Shown here in pieces: positions 63,165 through 64,000 of a stretch of 64,000 bases of DNA. The stretch's first letter is position 1. Each line of letters begins with the position of its first letter. The translations under genes were made by a program, and so were the position numbers. The stretch comes from Clostridiaceae bacterium. Its GTDB lineage: Bacteria > Bacillota > Clostridia > CAYPLH01 > DUMO01. The DNA is taken from the NCBI GenBank assembly GCA_012839865.1, contig DUMO01000083.1:22254-86253 (forward strand). Direction: 5' to 3'. The notes beneath the pieces were generated by a model. That model searched no databases. It saw only the letters and a list, made by a program, of their open reading frames with translations, and was not told where the DNA came from.

Positions 63165-63740
63165 TTGATGCTGGATAAGTCAATTCCCTATTTCGATGTT
63201 TTAATGAAAAGGGAGAAAGGAACCCAAATAAAGAATTATAAACTGCCGGAAGGTTTTGAGTTCGTTTTGTTTAAAAACGGTGATGAAAAGGAATGGGCGG
63301 AAATCGAGGCTTCCGTAGGCGAATTTAATACTGCAGCCGATGCTCTGGCGTACTTTTCGAAGAACTTCTTACCATACATAGATGAACTTGAACGAAGGTG
63401 TATTTTTATCAGAAATGATCAAGGTGAGAAGGTGGCAACACTCACCATCTGGTGGCGTTATACCGGGGTAAGAAGAGTTCCGTGGTTACACTGGGTAGCG
63501 GTTAAGCCTGAATACCAGGGTTTAGGATTGGGAAAAGCCATTGTATCGGAAGGAATGAAAAGATTTATAGAAATTGAAGGAGACAGGGATATTTATTTGC
63601 ACACTCAGACATGGAGTTATAAGGCTATTAATATATACAGGAAATTGGGTTTTGAGATAACCGCGGAAAAGGGAATTGGCGGATATGAAAATAACAATTA
63701 TGAAAAGGCAATGGCGCTGCTTGCAAAATATCTAAGGTAG
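63165..63740 (+). CDS. GNAT-family N-acetyltransferase.
   Basis: VAVKPEYQGLGLGKAIVSEGMKRF (motif A). Confidence 0.7.
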   Translation: MMLDKSIPYFDVLMKREKGTQIKNYKLPEGFEFVLFKNGDEKEWAEIEASVGEFNTAADALAYFSKNFLPYIDELERRCIFIRNDQGEKVATLTIWWRYTGVRRVPWLHWVAVKPEYQGLGLGKAIVSEGMKRFIEIEGDRDIYLHTQTWSYKAINIYRKLGFEITAEKGIGGYENNNYEKAMALLAKYLR

Positions 63741-64000
63741 AAGTGATAAAAAAGAGAAAAGCCAGATATTTCACCGGAAAAAATGGGATAGGTTAAATTA
63801 TGCTATTTTGAATGATGAATTTAATAATAAAAAAACAGAATCAGGTGGAATGAAAAATGTCTGAAATTTTTCCGAGGCAATAGAATTCTTTAAGGAAGAA
63901 GTGGAGTATTATTCGGTTTTCATGTCTGTGAACAACAAACCAGGAATTGAATTTTATATGAGCAATGGAATAGATCCTCTCTATACAACGATGGTTGGGA

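Noticed and set aside
1-64000. Search for CRISPR arrays, transposases, integrases, restriction-modification or toxin-antitoxin gene pairs, and tRNA/rRNA genes.
   Set aside because: No regularly spaced direct repeats with unique spacers. No ORF has DDE/serine/tyrosine recombinase motifs. There are no R-M methylase/endonuclease motifs. No cloverleaf-like tRNA candidates were spotted by eye. tRNAs in particular would need tRNAscan-SE to rule out rigorously.

Overview
This 64-kb window comes from an AT-rich Firmicute of the class Clostridia. Gene content and order most resemble a thermophilic cellulolytic clostridium (Acetivibrio/Clostridium thermocellum-like), but that is inferred from gene content only. 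About 55 CDS were called and all but one lie on the + strand. The left third (0-27 kb) holds two adjacent S-layer (SLH-domain) proteins, ctpA (S41 peptidase), spoIIR, an ion-homeostasis cluster (ArsR/CadC-family regulator with a P1B heavy-metal ATPase, MgtC, and a Ca2+-type P2 ATPase), a conserved ABC-2/GldG/DUF4340 four-gene module, a DUF5711-like membrane-anchored propeller protein, cvpA, ilvD, and an orphan ilvB. The middle (27-45 kb) is the classical rpmG-secE-nusG-rplK-rplA-rplJ-rplL-rpoB-rpoC-L7Ae-rpsL-rpsG-fusA-tuf block. The right third (45-64 kb) carries two-subunit class I fumarase, DUF1858, a lipid kinase, SRP RNA-dnaX-ybaB-recR, and then a co-directional accessory stretch of small hydrolases and transferases (metallophosphoesterase, GNATs, SAM-MTase, DUF45 peptidase, HD proteins, APH-family kinase, CPBP protease) that includes at least two decayed genes (a NUDIX pseudogene and a GNAT fragment). 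I could not recognise any transposase, integrase, CRISPR array, restriction-modification system, toxin-antitoxin pair or known defence system. The most unusual content is non-coding. There is a family of GC-rich nested-palindromic intergenic elements (3 copies) and an AT-rich dispersed repeat with a conserved ~40-bp core (4 copies), and one locus combines both. There is a 1.1-kb rplL-rpoB spacer and several candidate regulatory RNAs and leaders (L10 leader, SRP RNA, possible sRNA/micro-ORF locus). All coordinates were derived by eye from the sequence and ORF track, and start codons are approximate where alternatives are noted.
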